Shown piece by piece: positions 17,305-27,480 of a stretch of DNA of 64,000 nt. The notes beneath the pieces are model-generated. The model saw only the letters and a program-made list of their open reading frames with translations, ran no database searches and was not told the origin of the DNA. The translations under genes were made by a program, and so were the position numbers. Source of the DNA: an uncultured Pseudomonadales bacterium (GTDB lineage Bacteria; Patescibacteriota; Microgenomatia; UBA1400; Chazhemtobacteraceae); the NCBI GenBank assembly GCA_964618725.1, contig CAZUBK010000002.1:3992-67991 (forward strand), given 5' to 3'. Numbering within the stretch: position 1 is the first letter of the stretch; the number at the start of each line of letters is the position of its first letter.

Positions 17305-19986
17305 TTAGCTTGATTTACCCACTGAATCTTCATTCATGTGACATTTTTTGTATTTTTTGCCGCTTCCACAATAACAAGGGTCGTTCCTACCAATGGTAGG
17401 TTTGCTGGTTTGCTTTGGCGTTGGTCTTGAGCTCTTTGTTTCCCCTACACCACTAGCGGGATCTTTGTGAGCAATAGCAGAGGAAAGGAGGTCTCGTGGT
17501 TGGGCTTGGATCTGGACACGGAAAATGGTTTGGGCAATGCGATAGTTGATGCGAGAGAGAAGGCTCTCGAAGACATTGAAGGCTTCGTGTTGGTACTCGA
17601 TCTTGGGATCGCGCTGAGCATAACCGCGAAGCCCTATTCCATCACGGAGATCATCTAGAGCGTCGAGGTGTTCCATCCAAAGAGAGTCAATTGCATCGAG
17701 AATAACGTAACGCTCGATCTGGCTATTCAAATCTTCGCCTATTTGTTTAGCACGAGAATCATAGGCTTGTTCACAAAGTCCTTTAAGGAACTTGTTTATC
17801 TCCTCCGGCTCCGAGGTCTTCTCCAGCTTATCTTTGAGTTGATCTTGGGAGTGTTGATCGAGGGGGAGAATGCTTTGGAAGCCTTGGAGAAGTTGTTCGG
17901 TTTCGTCCTTGGTGATGCCAGCGGGAGCCAGGATGCTGGTGAGATTGTCAATCTCTTCAGTGAGAATGTTTTTTACTTTCTGAGTAATTTTTTCCTTGGC
18001 TTCTTCGGCTTCTTCCAAGATTTGGCGGCGGCGGGTATAGATGACTTCACGCTGCTTGTTCATCACGTCGTCGTATTCGACGACGTTTTTTCGTTGGTCG
18101 AAATAGAAACCCTCGACTTTGCTTTGAGCAGTTTCGATGGCTTTGCTCACCATACCCGCCTCTAGGGGCTGGTCTTCCGGGACTTTGAGTAGATCCATGA
18201 GCTTGCTGACTTGTTCTCCGCCAAAGATACGCATAATATCGTCTTCGAGGGAGACATAGAAACGACTGCCCCCGGGATCACCTTGGCGACCAGAACGGCC
18301 CCTCAACTGATTATCAATTCGTCTGCTTTCATGACGAACGGCACCGATGACGTGTAGCCCCCCCAGTTTAACAACTTTGTCGTGCTGCTTTTGCCAGTCT
18401 TTTTCTGCCATCCCGATTGGACTGCCTCCCAAAACGATATCGACACCGCGGCCGGCTATATTGGTGGCAACAGTGATAGCCCCGGTTTTGCCGGCATCAC
18501 CAATAATCTCGGCTTCTTTTTCGTGGTTTTTGGCATTGAGGACTTGGTGGGGGACCTTTTTCTTTTTGAGGAACTGACTTAGGATTTCGTTTTGCTCAAT
18601 TGACTTGGTACCAATGAGAACAGGTTGGCCTTTAGCATGTCGATTAGCCACATCTTCGACGATTGAAGCATATTTGGCGCGGGTGGTTTTGAAAACGAGG
18701 TCACCGAGATCGTGGCGACTGACGGGACGGTGAGTAGGAATGACGATGACGTCGAGATTGTAGATTTTTTTGAACTCTTCGGCTTCAGTCTCGGCGGTAC
18801 CGGTCATACCGGCCAGCTTTTGGTAAAGGCGGAAATAGTTTTGAAGAGAGATGGTAGCGAGCGTTTTACTTTCCTGCTGGATATTGACGCCTTCTTTGGC
18901 TTCGATGGCTTGGTGGAGACCGTCGGAGAAGCGACGGCCGAACATAAGACGCCCGGTATGTTCGTCGACGATGATAACTTGATTGTCTTTGATGACATAG
19001 TCTTTGTTCTTTTCAAAGAGAGTATTGGCTTTGAGGGATTGTTCAATATGATGGACGGTATCGAAGTCCTTTTCATAGATGTTATCTATTCCCAAAGCTT
19101 TTTCAAGTTTTCGCAATCCATGGTCGGTGAGAGTAGCGGAGCGAAGCTTTTCATCGACTTCGTAGTCGATATTTTTGGTAAGCGTTTTGATTAGCTGGGC
19201 AAAACGGAAGTATTTTTCGGTTGGTTCGGCGTCGGGAGCAGAAATGATGAGGGGGGTCCTAGCTTCGTCGATGAGGATGGAGTCGACCTCATCGACGATG
19301 GCGAAGTGGTGAGGGCGCTGAGAAACGGAAGATAGAGAACGGGCCATATTGTCGCGCAGGTAATCAAAACCGAACTCATTGTTGGTGCCATAGGTGATAT
19401 CGGCGTCATAGGCCTCTTTGCGAGAAGCGGGCTTGAGGTGCTTAAGGCGGGGATCGTGATGAGAGTCGTCTAGATACTGTGGGTCATAAAGGCTGGCGGG
19501 GAGGTCGCCGGTGCCGGAGTAAATAACACCAACACTAAGGCCTAAGAGATCATAAATGGGAGCCATCCAACCAGCGTCACGACGGGCAAGGTAGTCGTTT
19601 ACGGTGACAAGATGAGCACCTTCTCCAGTTAGAGCATTGAGAACGAGGGCGGGGACAGCGGAGAGGGTTTTACCTTCACCGGTTTTTTGTTCGGCGATGC
19701 GACCTTCGTGGAAAGTAATACCGGCCATAAGTTGGACGTCAAAGGGGCGAAGTTTAAGGGTCCGAACAGAGGCTTCGCGGACGAGAGCGAAGGTGGGAAC
19801 GAGGATGTCGTCCAAAGTGGCACCTTGTTTGAGCTTCTTTTTAAGATTATGGACATTTGCAACAAAATCCTCTTTCTTGAGCTTTTGCATCTTAGGCTCA
19901 AGCTGGTTGATCTGATCGACAAGACTTTTGAGTCGGGTAATTTCTTTGGCATTACTGTCAAAGAGGCGAGTGAGAAAATTTAGCAT
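17305..19986 (-). CDS. secA: Preprotein translocase ATPase SecA
   Basis: 893 aa. DEAD-like motor motifs, C-terminal Zn-binding CYCGSGKKYKKCH. Confidence 0.95.
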   Translation of the reverse strand: MLNFLTRLFDSNAKEITRLKSLVDQINQLEPKMQKLKKEDFVANVHNLKKKLKQGATLDDILVPTFALVREASVRTLKLRPFDVQLMAGITFHEGRIAEQKTGEGKTLSAVPALVLNALTGEGAHLVTVNDYLARRDAGWMAPIYDLLGLSVGVIYSGTGDLPASLYDPQYLDDSHHDPRLKHLKPASRKEAYDADITYGTNNEFGFDYLRDNMARSLSSVSQRPHHFAIVDEVDSILIDEARTPLIISAPDAEPTEKYFRFAQLIKTLTKNIDYEVDEKLRSATLTDHGLRKLEKALGIDNIYEKDFDTVHHIEQSLKANTLFEKNKDYVIKDNQVIIVDEHTGRLMFGRRFSDGLHQAIEAKEGVNIQQESKTLATISLQNYFRLYQKLAGMTGTAETEAEEFKKIYNLDVIVIPTHRPVSRHDLGDLVFKTTRAKYASIVEDVANRHAKGQPVLIGTKSIEQNEILSQFLKKKKVPHQVLNAKNHEKEAEIIGDAGKTGAITVATNIAGRGVDIVLGGSPIGMAEKDWQKQHDKVVKLGGLHVIGAVRHESRRIDNQLRGRSGRQGDPGGSRFYVSLEDDIMRIFGGEQVSKLMDLLKVPEDQPLEAGMVSKAIETAQSKVEGFYFDQRKNVVEYDDVMNKQREVIYTRRRQILEEAEEAKEKITQKVKNILTEEIDNLTSILAPAGITKDETEQLLQGFQSILPLDQHSQDQLKDKLEKTSEPEEINKFLKGLCEQAYDSRAKQIGEDLNSQIERYVILDAIDSLWMEHLDALDDLRDGIGLRGYAQRDPKIEYQHEAFNVFESLLSRINYRIAQTIFRVQIQAQPRDLLSSAIAHKDPASGVGETKSSRPTPKQTSKPTIGRNDPCYCGSGKKYKKCHMNEDSVGKSS

Positions 19987-20017
19987 GGCTAGTATATTGT
20001 AATGCCCAGAATGTCTT

Positions 20018-20644
20018 TTAGTTAACAGAGATTAAGAAATTGCTGGGGGTGCGGGCGGTCTTGGTAGAAAAGTATTTATCTAATTGATCAAGAAACTTAA
20101 GAGTGGTTTGCTTAAACTCGCCCCAGAAAAGGCGGTTGATGAGAATGTGTTGTGAATGTTTTTTCAAATTGAGAAAAAACTTGGGATCTTCAAGACTTTT
20201 GGGGACTTGGTCACCAAGATAGCAATCAACAAGGGTTAGATCGTAGTTTTGTTTCTTAAGTTGGGAGACAAACTCTACGGCATCGGCGTTGATGATATCT
20301 AGTTTAGGAATTTTACCGATCTGAAAATGCTCTTTGGCGATCTTGATAACGGTGGGATCGATCTCGACTCCAGTAATGGAGGCTTCTGGCCACTTGCGGT
20401 GAATTAGTTTGGCGGCCGAACCAGCTCCGAAGCCGAGAATGAGAACAGAGCGGGGGATAAAGCCTTTGGGTAGAAGTTTCTTAAAGGCAGAATTCCAGAT
20501 GCTTTCAATAATCCAACCCGACTGAGTCAGACCGCCCATATCGAGGCGAGGACGACCACCGAACTGAACTAACTCAACTTCTTTATTGATTTTTGAGTCA
20601 AATTTCTTGATGACTTGGGGGCTGAAATATTGTTTGATATCCAT
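20018..20644 (-). CDS. Class I SAM-dependent methyltransferase-like protein (spermidine-synthase-like fold)
   Basis: Gly-rich SAM loop VLILGFGAGSAAKL, then acidic VEID and DLTLVDCY. Confidence 0.4.
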   Translation of the reverse strand: MDIKQYFSPQVIKKFDSKINKEVELVQFGGRPRLDMGGLTQSGWIIESIWNSAFKKLLPKGFIPRSVLILGFGAGSAAKLIHRKWPEASITGVEIDPTVIKIAKEHFQIGKIPKLDIINADAVEFVSQLKKQNYDLTLVDCYLGDQVPKSLEDPKFFLNLKKHSQHILINRLFWGEFKQTTLKFLDQLDKYFSTKTARTPSNFLISVN

Positions 20645-20706
20645 GTTTTGTTTTCACCACTTACAGAAATATTGTACAAGAAGGCCCCGCGTTTGCGGGG
20701 CGAAAG

Positions 20707-21816
20707 TCAAGGTTGTTCTATACCTAGGACTTTGAGTTCCTCTCGTATCTTGGTGGCTAGATCGGACCATCGCTTGTAGCGTTTGTCGACTTTGCTTCTA
20801 GTTATACGGGCTGGGGCGAGTCGCTCCTGCATGTAGGCGGCATCAAGGAGGGCGGCGGCGGCCAGATCACGTTCCCGAATAGACTCGGCTCCTTGGAGAA
20901 TGACGACGACGGGAATGTTCTCACGGTTCGCGGTAACGATAGTCGAATAACCGGCTTTTTGCGTGTAGGCGATTTTAAGGCCATTAACACCGGGGTAGAC
21001 ACCGAGGAGGCCATTCCAGTTGGGGAGATAGTAACGGCCGTGTGAGGAAGAGGTTGCAATATCCTCCATATCTGACTTGCCAGAATAAAGAATGTACGGG
21101 TAATTTTGTTGCGCGTTTGAAACTAGGATGAAAATATCCTCAAGAGTTGAGTACTGAGAGTCGTCATCATAGCCCTCCGGGTTTGCAAAGTGGCTGTTTT
21201 TTAAACCTAACATGGTGGCTTTCTGGTTCATTTGTTCGATGAAGTAAACGAGGGGTTGGTGATAGTAGCTGGCGAGTCCTTCGGCGATGGTAGCGGCGGC
21301 ATCATTAGCGGAAGTGGCAATGGAGGCACGGACAAGATCATTAAGTGAGACTTGTTCGCCAACTTTAAGCCCTAAGATGGTTGGCTCTTTTTCAATTGAG
21401 GTCTTGGTAGCGGTAAAAAGTTGATCTTCATCTTGGGCAATATCAAAGGCGACTTGGGTGGTAAGAAGCTTAGTGAAAGAGCCGGGAGAGATTGGTTTGG
21501 TATGGTTCTTGGCGAGATAGACTTGACTGGTATTGGGGTTGTAAACCAAATAAGTTATTTTCTCGCTAATGGTATCTATGGTTTGCGTTCTCTTGTAGTC
21601 AAGGGGGGTAACTCTGACTATCTTTTGACCAAGTTTCTCAGATAGATCAGGAGGGCGGAGTTGATCGATTATTGGAGAGAGAAGCTTGGGAGCGGGGAGT
21701 AGATATGACGCCACTCCGCCGGTGGCGGCTAGAAGAAGTAAGAAGAGAAAAACTGGTTTAAGCTTCACGTTTAATATGCCCAAGTAATTAGAGTTTGTTC
21801 CTGATATGTTGGGCAT
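20707..21816 (-). CDS. D-alanyl-D-alanine carboxypeptidase (serine peptidase S11, PBP5-like)
   Basis: SxxK (SFTK), SxN (SANDAA), K(T/A)G (KAGYS). Annotated ATG lies inside repeat copy B. An alternative GTG start (complement of 21767-69) would give MKLKPVFLF... signal peptide. Confidence 0.75.
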   Translation of the reverse strand: MPNISGTNSNYLGILNVKLKPVFLFLLLLAATGGVASYLLPAPKLLSPIIDQLRPPDLSEKLGQKIVRVTPLDYKRTQTIDTISEKITYLVYNPNTSQVYLAKNHTKPISPGSFTKLLTTQVAFDIAQDEDQLFTATKTSIEKEPTILGLKVGEQVSLNDLVRASIATSANDAAATIAEGLASYYHQPLVYFIEQMNQKATMLGLKNSHFANPEGYDDDSQYSTLEDIFILVSNAQQNYPYILYSGKSDMEDIATSSSHGRYYLPNWNGLLGVYPGVNGLKIAYTQKAGYSTIVTANRENIPVVVILQGAESIRERDLAAAALLDAAYMQERLAPARITRSKVDKRYKRWSDLATKIREELKVLGIEQP

Positions 21817-21822
21817 ATATCC
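21772..21822 (-). repeat. Copy B of the dispersed inverted-repeat element (AATATGCCCAAGTAATTAGAGTTT...GATATGTTGGGCATATAT), overlapping the dacA-like start
   Basis: 10-bp inverted repeat atatgcccaa/ttgggcatat. Encodes MPNISGTNSNYLGI in frame with the carboxypeptidase; compare the u[24 protein letters not shown] at copy A. Confidence 0.5.
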
Positions 21823-21850
21823 GAATTACTATTCTAGTGGCAAGTAGAAA

Positions 21851-23128
21851 TCATTTGGATATAATTTCTTTGCCGACGTAGGGGACTAAGACTGACGGGA
21901 TCTTGATAGAGCCGTCCTTTTGTTGATAGTTCTCTAAGATGGCAATGAGAAGTCTAGGTGAAGGAGCGGCAGTATTGTTGAGCATGTGGACATACTGAAG
22001 CTTACCGCCTTTACTGCGATACTTGATGTTGGCGCGACGACTCTGGAAGTCGGTCATGATCGAGTCGGAAGCGGTTTCACCAAAGTCCCCACGTCCGGGC
22101 ATCCAGGTCTCGATGTCATACTTTTTAGCTTGAGGCTCGCCCATATCCCCAGTACACATCAGAAGAACGCGATAGTGGAGACCAAGTTCTTGGAGGATCT
22201 CCTCAGAGTAATTAAGCATCGTCTCGTGCCAAGTACGGGACTCCTCAATGTCGTTCTTACAGAGGACAACTTGTTCTATCTTCATGAATTCATGAACACG
22301 ATAGATGCCGCGAGTATCTTTACCGTAGTTGCCAATTTCGCGACGGAAACAGGGAGAGTAGCCAACCATTTTGATGGGTAGATCTTTTTCGTTTAGGACT
22401 TCGTTGGCATAGTAGGAAACGAGAGGAGTCTCGGCGGTGCCGGCAAGGAAGTAGTCGTTTTCGGGATCGGTCTCATCACTACTTAGCTTGTAGCCTTCGT
22501 GCTCTCCCCAGGGTTGGTGACCGGAGTTAACAAAAACGAAGCGGCGATCAATGATGGGGGGAATCATGGGGGTATAGCCTTTTTCAATAAATTTGTTTAG
22601 GGCGTACTGCATGATGGCATTTTGGAGGAGAACGGCTTCGTTCTTAAGAAAGTAGCCTCTGAATCCTGCTACCTTAGTACCTCTATCTAAATCGAGAATA
22701 TCTAGGGAGAGACCTAGATCGATGTGGTCTTTGGGTTCGAAACCGTACTTTGGTTTGTCACCAACGGTGCGATAGACGACATTGTCGGAGCTATCTTTAC
22801 CGACGGGGACTTCGTCGAGCGGGACATTGGGGACCTGGAGCATGAGATTGAGAAAGGCTTCCTCGGTTTTTTTGAGCTCTGGCTCTAGATCCTGAAGCTG
22901 GGCCTTGAGGTCGAGAGATTTCTTGATTAGATCTTCATTTCTGCCTTGTTTGAGACCATCGTTGATTTTGTTTCGCTGCGCCCGAAAGGCTTCGACTTGG
23001 GTAATTAGGTCACGACGTTTGGTGTCCTGTTCAAGAATGCGGTCGACGACGTCTGGATTGAGGTTCTTGTTGGTACAAGCTTGCTTAACCTTTTCATTGT
23101 TATCACGGATGAATTGTATGTCTAGCAT
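21851..23128 (-). CDS. serS: Seryl-tRNA synthetase
   Basis: N-terminal coiled-coil arm, class II motifs (FRREIGNYGKDTRGIYRVHEF; GETASDS). Confidence 0.95.
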   Translation of the reverse strand: MLDIQFIRDNNEKVKQACTNKNLNPDVVDRILEQDTKRRDLITQVEAFRAQRNKINDGLKQGRNEDLIKKSLDLKAQLQDLEPELKKTEEAFLNLMLQVPNVPLDEVPVGKDSSDNVVYRTVGDKPKYGFEPKDHIDLGLSLDILDLDRGTKVAGFRGYFLKNEAVLLQNAIMQYALNKFIEKGYTPMIPPIIDRRFVFVNSGHQPWGEHEGYKLSSDETDPENDYFLAGTAETPLVSYYANEVLNEKDLPIKMVGYSPCFRREIGNYGKDTRGIYRVHEFMKIEQVVLCKNDIEESRTWHETMLNYSEEILQELGLHYRVLLMCTGDMGEPQAKKYDIETWMPGRGDFGETASDSIMTDFQSRRANIKYRSKGGKLQYVHMLNNTAAPSPRLLIAILENYQQKDGSIKIPSVLVPYVGKEIISK

Positions 23129-23325
23129 GGTCTTTAGTGTACATTAATTAATATCTTGGCATGAAAAAACCCAAGCCTAAACTTGGGATTAGATCTCCGC
23201 TTTCGCTTCGAGATGCCATCTAATCGGTCTTAATTACGGCTGTAACGGGCGTACCCGAAGTAGTTTTTGACCCTACTTAGCTTGATAGTTGGAAAGACCA
23301 TCTCAACGCTTTAGGATGATTATAG
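23129..23325 (-). promoter_or_regulatory. serS 5' leader with T-box-like architecture: -10 TATAAT, compact stem I candidate with a UCC-A loop, antiterminator-like helix with UGGC bulge, overlapping terminator hairpin plus U6
   Basis: Minus strand: tataat (complement of 23319-24). GAUUAGAU-GGCAU-CUC...GAG-AUCUAAUC (23187-23225). CCCAAG-uuuagg-CUUGGG-UUUUUU (23163-23190) ends 35 nt before the serS ATG. Confidence 0.4.
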
Positions 23326-23365
23326 CATAAGTGAATGTGCCAGACAGAAAAGTCTGGCACAGATA

Positions 23366-23626
23366 TTACTTTCTTTTCAACATGAACATTGCCGCGATGA
23401 CAAGAATCGTACAGCTTAAGCCGATAAGACCGGCGATGCAAACGGCCCACCATTGAAAACTGACGAAGCCGGCGGCAATTTGATATGCTAGGGGAAGATT
23501 ACCTAGATTGGCCTGAATGAATTTGAGGTTCAAGTAGTACTGGAGGAATTCCAAAAAAAAGGTACTAAGAAAACCGAAAGGGAAACTAACAAAGAGCATC
23601 CGTTTAAGCCTTTTTGTCCTATTCAT
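23366..23626 (-). CDS. Hypothetical small membrane protein (2 TM)
   Basis: 86 aa, two hydrophobic helices. Followed by a hairpin gtgccagac-agaaaa-gtctggcac at 23337-23362. Confidence 0.4.
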   Translation of the reverse strand: MNRTKRLKRMLFVSFPFGFLSTFFLEFLQYYLNLKFIQANLGNLPLAYQIAAGFVSFQWWAVCIAGLIGLSCTILVIAAMFMLKRK

Positions 23627-23727
23627 TCCGTGTCTCCTAAAATCAGAAAGTGCGAGTTCAAATTATCTTAGCACAAGCGGCATAAGAGCTGTTTTTGTGT
23701 CTAATTCTTTTAGGTCTGACTAATGAT

Positions 23728-24288
23728 TTACAAACCTAATTCGTTTGAGATTCTTTGTAGAGCTGACAGACAGATGGACATATATTCTTTGAGAGGGATG
23801 CCAAGCTCTTTTTCAGTCATCAGAGCTGGCTCACGCTTGGCACCGGCGGCGAACGATTTCTCGGGCCATTTTTTAAGTAGATTATCAACGGTAAGTGAGG
23901 CAAGTTTCTCGGGACGAACGAGAGCGCAGGCGATGACAAAACCGGAGAGATCATCACAGGTATACAGGGCCCAATCCATTTTGGAGCTAGGTTTAGGACA
24001 GTCATTCTTCCAACCCCAAGCGTGGGCCTTGATAGCTTGAGTAACTCTTGGATCTGCATTTCTTGCTTCTAACTCATCAAAGATTTTGCTTGGGTGCTTT
24101 TTGGGGTCATCTTTAAACATTTCGTAGTCGGCGTCATGGAGGAGTCCGGCAAGTCCCCAGAGATCTTCGTCTTCACCGAAATGTCTGGCGAGGGCGCGCA
24201 TTTGCGCTTCCACAGCCAACATATGTTTAATCAGATTGGGATTCTTGGTCCAGTCATGAACCAATTGGAGGGCGTCTTCTCTATTCAT
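23728..24288 (-). CDS. HD-domain phosphohydrolase
   Basis: H...HD metal motif (HMLAVEAQMRALARHFG...LLHDADYE). Start overlaps the lysS stop. Confidence 0.7.
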   Translation of the reverse strand: MNREDALQLVHDWTKNPNLIKHMLAVEAQMRALARHFGEDEDLWGLAGLLHDADYEMFKDDPKKHPSKIFDELEARNADPRVTQAIKAHAWGWKNDCPKPSSKMDWALYTCDDLSGFVIACALVRPEKLASLTVDNLLKKWPEKSFAAGAKREPALMTEKELGIPLKEYMSICLSALQRISNELGL

Positions 24289-25767
24289 TTATTTTTTGCC
24301 GACTTTTTTGATCTTCTTTTCCGGCTTGAGAGTGGGAAAGAGGATGACATCTTTGAGAGAGGCTTGATTGGTTAAGATGGCGGTGAAACGGTCAATGCCC
24401 ATTCCCCAGCCGGCGGTGGGTGGCATACCGTATTCCAGGGCTCTAATGTAATCTTCGTCGAGGGGTTGAGCAGCAACACCTTTTTCAACTAGCACTTTCT
24501 CTTCTTCCCAGCGGGCGCGCTGATCAGTGGGATCATTTAACTCAGAGTAAGCCTTGATTACTTCAAAACCACAGACAAGAAGCTGCATGCTGGCAATCTT
24601 GGTTTGGTCATCGGGGAGACGCTTAGCGAGAGGCATGGCTTCATAGGGGTGATCTATTAGAAAAATTGGGCCGGTAATGTTGGGACGAGAGTAGGCCTTG
24701 TAGAGTTCGTCTAGAACATTGGCATATCCGGAAATGCCTTTGAGATCGGGATTGAGATTCTTCTCTTTGATGGCAGCGCATAGTTTTTCTTCGGTAGTAA
24801 TTTCATCAATATCAACGCCGGTGTCTTTGAGAACAAGGTCTCTGAATTTAACTCTTGGCCAAGGGAGGGTGAAGTCAATTTCCTTATCTTGATAGATAAT
24901 CTTGTAACTACCAGTAACTTCTTTGACAACGCCGGAAAGCATCTCCTCAGAGAGGATCATGAGATCGGTGTAATCGGCATAGGCCCAATAGAACTCGAGC
25001 ATAGTGAACTCGGGATTGTGTTGGCGATCGATACCTTCGTTACGGAAATCTTTACTCATTTCATAGACTTTGTCGTAGCCACCGACGATGAGGCGCTTTA
25101 GATATAGCTCGTCGGAGATGCGGAGATAGAAATCGTTGTCGAGTGCGTTGTGATGGGTGATGAAGGGACGGGCAGTGGCGCCGCCATAGAGGGGTTGAAG
25201 AACGGGTGTCTCGACCTCAAGAAAGCCTTTCTCGTCGAGGAAGCGGCGCAGATAGGAAACTATTCTGGTCCGAGTATTGAAGACGCGACGGACATCGGGA
25301 TTAAGGACTAGGTCAACATAGCGTTGACGATAGCGCTCTTCGACGTCTTTAAGGCCATGCCAGGTACTGGGAAGGGGGCGAACTGACTTTGTTAGTAGAT
25401 TGAGTTCCTTGACCTCAATGGTGAGTTCGCCGGTTTTGGTAGTGAAGACTAAGCCGCTGACGCCAATTATGTCGCCGATATCGAGGAATTCATTGATCTG
25501 TTGACTAAGAGTACTCAAACTGTCGGCTTTAATTAAAAGCTGGATTTTGCCGGTTTCATCGACTAAATCGAGAAATGAAATAGCGCCATGACCGCGAACG
25601 GCCATAATGCGACCGGCAGTCTGAACAGAGTTACCTTCTGCCTGGCGGGCTTGGTCGATGGAATGCTTTTTGTCGAAGGTAAAGGAATACGGATTAACGC
25701 CTAATTGCTTAAGCTTGTCACTTTTTTCAACTCTCACTTTAATCAGCTCTTCTATGGGAGTAGCCAT
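24289..25767 (-). CDS. lysS: Lysyl-tRNA synthetase (class II)
   Basis: OB-fold N-domain, class II motifs (FRNEGIDRQHNPEFTMLEFY; GMGIDR). Confidence 0.95.
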   Translation of the reverse strand: MATPIEELIKVRVEKSDKLKQLGVNPYSFTFDKKHSIDQARQAEGNSVQTAGRIMAVRGHGAISFLDLVDETGKIQLLIKADSLSTLSQQINEFLDIGDIIGVSGLVFTTKTGELTIEVKELNLLTKSVRPLPSTWHGLKDVEERYRQRYVDLVLNPDVRRVFNTRTRIVSYLRRFLDEKGFLEVETPVLQPLYGGATARPFITHHNALDNDFYLRISDELYLKRLIVGGYDKVYEMSKDFRNEGIDRQHNPEFTMLEFYWAYADYTDLMILSEEMLSGVVKEVTGSYKIIYQDKEIDFTLPWPRVKFRDLVLKDTGVDIDEITTEEKLCAAIKEKNLNPDLKGISGYANVLDELYKAYSRPNITGPIFLIDHPYEAMPLAKRLPDDQTKIASMQLLVCGFEVIKAYSELNDPTDQRARWEEEKVLVEKGVAAQPLDEDYIRALEYGMPPTAGWGMGIDRFTAILTNQASLKDVILFPTLKPEKKIKKVGKK

Positions 25768-25790
25768 GGGCCTTATTGTACACCAAGATA

Positions 25791-26255
25791 TTACTTTACA
25801 GCCTTGATGTGATAGATGATTTTGCCGGCAGGGGCTTCGACTTCTACCTTTTCACCAGCGGTCTTACCAACTAGGGCTTTGCCCAGGGGAGACTCGTGAC
25901 TGATTTTTTTAGCAGCCGGATCGGCTTCCCATTCACCGACGATATGAAACTCGTGTTCGGTACCGTTAACATTGACAACGACGCGGCTACCAATATTGAT
26001 TGGACCACCGGAACCCGTTTCAATGATTTGAGCTTGGGCCAGAACTGCTTCGAGTTCTTCAAGACGACCCTGAATCCAAGCATGATCGTCCCGAGCGGCA
26101 TGATATTCGGCGTTCTCAGAGAGATCACCGAACTCACGAGCTTTGGAAACGCGGTCAATGACAGCGGGAAGCTTGTTTTTCTTGATGTCCTCCAATTCAG
26201 CAAGTAGTTCTTGCTGTCCTTGGGGGGTTAAGAGAATAGTTTTATTTTTATCCAT
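25791..26255 (-). CDS. greA: Transcription elongation factor GreA
   Basis: N-terminal coiled-coil with acidic tip (GDLSENAEY), C-terminal FKBP-like domain. Confidence 0.9.
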   Translation of the reverse strand: MDKNKTILLTPQGQQELLAELEDIKKNKLPAVIDRVSKAREFGDLSENAEYHAARDDHAWIQGRLEELEAVLAQAQIIETGSGGPINIGSRVVVNVNGTEHEFHIVGEWEADPAAKKISHESPLGKALVGKTAGEKVEVEAPAGKIIYHIKAVK

Positions 26256-26497
26256 TTTAAAAGCGAAGAATATAAACTCTTCGCAGTAACATAATTGTTA
26301 GTAAATATTTTGTCAATCTCTTGATTTTTCTTAATTTTTTGCAAACAAAAAAAGCCATACGGCTTGGGTGGACACATACTCAAACAAATTTAAAGAAAAA
26401 TTCAAAGGGCAGGGCGAATTGACTTGTGTATTGTAACCCTAAATATATGGATCTGTCAATGGTTTGGCCTTGGCCATGTTATAATTTAGATACTTTA

Positions 26498-26569
26498 GGC
26501 CCCATCGTCTAACGGTTAGGACGCAAGGTTCTCATCCTTGTAATCCGGGTTCAATTCCCGGTGGGGTCA
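26498..26569 (+). tRNA. tRNA-Glu (anticodon CUC)
   Basis: Cloverleaf: acceptor GGCCCCA/TGGGGTC, D-arm GTCT/aacggtta/GGAC, anticodon stem CAAGG/CCTTG with loop ttCTCat, T-arm CCGGG/ttcaatt/CCCGG, discriminator A. Extended -10 TGtTATAAT 13 nt upstream. Confidence 0.8.
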
Positions 26570-26629
26570 CCTTTAGGGAAGATTCGTCATCAACTTCAAG
26601 GTTCGACCTTGAAATACCAGATTAAAAAA

Positions 26630-27391
26630 TTAAAAATACTTTGTCTTTCTGTCTTTCAACTCTTGTCCGACATTAATGAATTTAGACAAATCAGAAAGTT
26701 GCTTAACTTCCATCCCCTTACTGGTACTCAATCCTGGTAGTGTATTTTTGGGAACAAATGTAGCCATCTTATATCTCATTGACTTATCTCCTTCAGAAGC
26801 TTCTGCCCTTTTTGTTCCGTAATAGGTAGTCATCAACATTACATCAAGTTTCCCAAATCTATATAAAAAAGCTTCTTTACTGCCTTCCTGGTCATTCTCA
26901 TCCATACTATGATGAGTCACGGAATCAATAACACTCTGAAAAAGATTCGAAAAATAAGCTGCTTCAAATGCTGATAGTGCTCCAATGTCGATACTATCGC
27001 CAGCAGCATCCGTAACAAATAAGTTCATTCGAAACTGGCCATTTTGCAAATCATAATTGAACCTTCCTGAAACATCATATTTCCTACCATTTACTTCCAC
27101 CAAGCTATTTTGCTTTTCAATCAACTCTTTAGGATCAATTGGATCTTTTGTAGCCAAATCGAATAATGTCGCATGAACACCTACGGGAGCCATATCTATA
27201 TCAAAACCTAATTTTGGTTCTCCATTTCTATCCGAGTAGTTAAAATTAGTTATCACACCTGAAAACACAGATATATCCTCTACCTCCTGACCAATTGGAT
27301 ACGTTTCGACCTTGACACGAAAAGACCCAGTTTCTTTTGGTTCCAGAAAAGGAGTCAATTCGTCGCTATCTAAAGTATCTACGACACCCAT
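26630..27391 (-). CDS. Hypothetical protein (253 aa), no recognised domain, no signal peptide
   Basis: Uninterrupted ORF with normal composition, adjacent to tRNA-Glu. Confidence 0.45.
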   Translation of the reverse strand: MGVVDTLDSDELTPFLEPKETGSFRVKVETYPIGQEVEDISVFSGVITNFNYSDRNGEPKLGFDIDMAPVGVHATLFDLATKDPIDPKELIEKQNSLVEVNGRKYDVSGRFNYDLQNGQFRMNLFVTDAAGDSIDIGALSAFEAAYFSNLFQSVIDSVTHHSMDENDQEGSKEAFLYRFGKLDVMLMTTYYGTKRAEASEGDKSMRYKMATFVPKNTLPGLSTSKGMEVKQLSDLSKFINVGQELKDRKTKYF

Positions 27392-27480
27392 TTATTTCAT
27401 ATCAACTAATAACTAAATACTAAATATATACTTTCTCTGAACTCACCTTAAACAAGGTCGTGCCATGCTAGGATAGAGCA

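Noticed and set aside
17467-19983. Several 60-165-aa ORFs on the plus strand inside secA (for example 17668..18165, 18712..19194, 19687..19983)
   Set aside because: Antisense to a highly conserved gene, repetitive low-complexity translations; typical spurious antisense frames.
26256-26497. Possible sRNA in the 240-nt greA/tRNA-Glu intergenic region (hairpin gcgaag-aatataaact-cttcgc at 26259-26282)
   Set aside because: More simply explained as divergent promoters for greA and the tRNA; no conserved RNA motif recognised.
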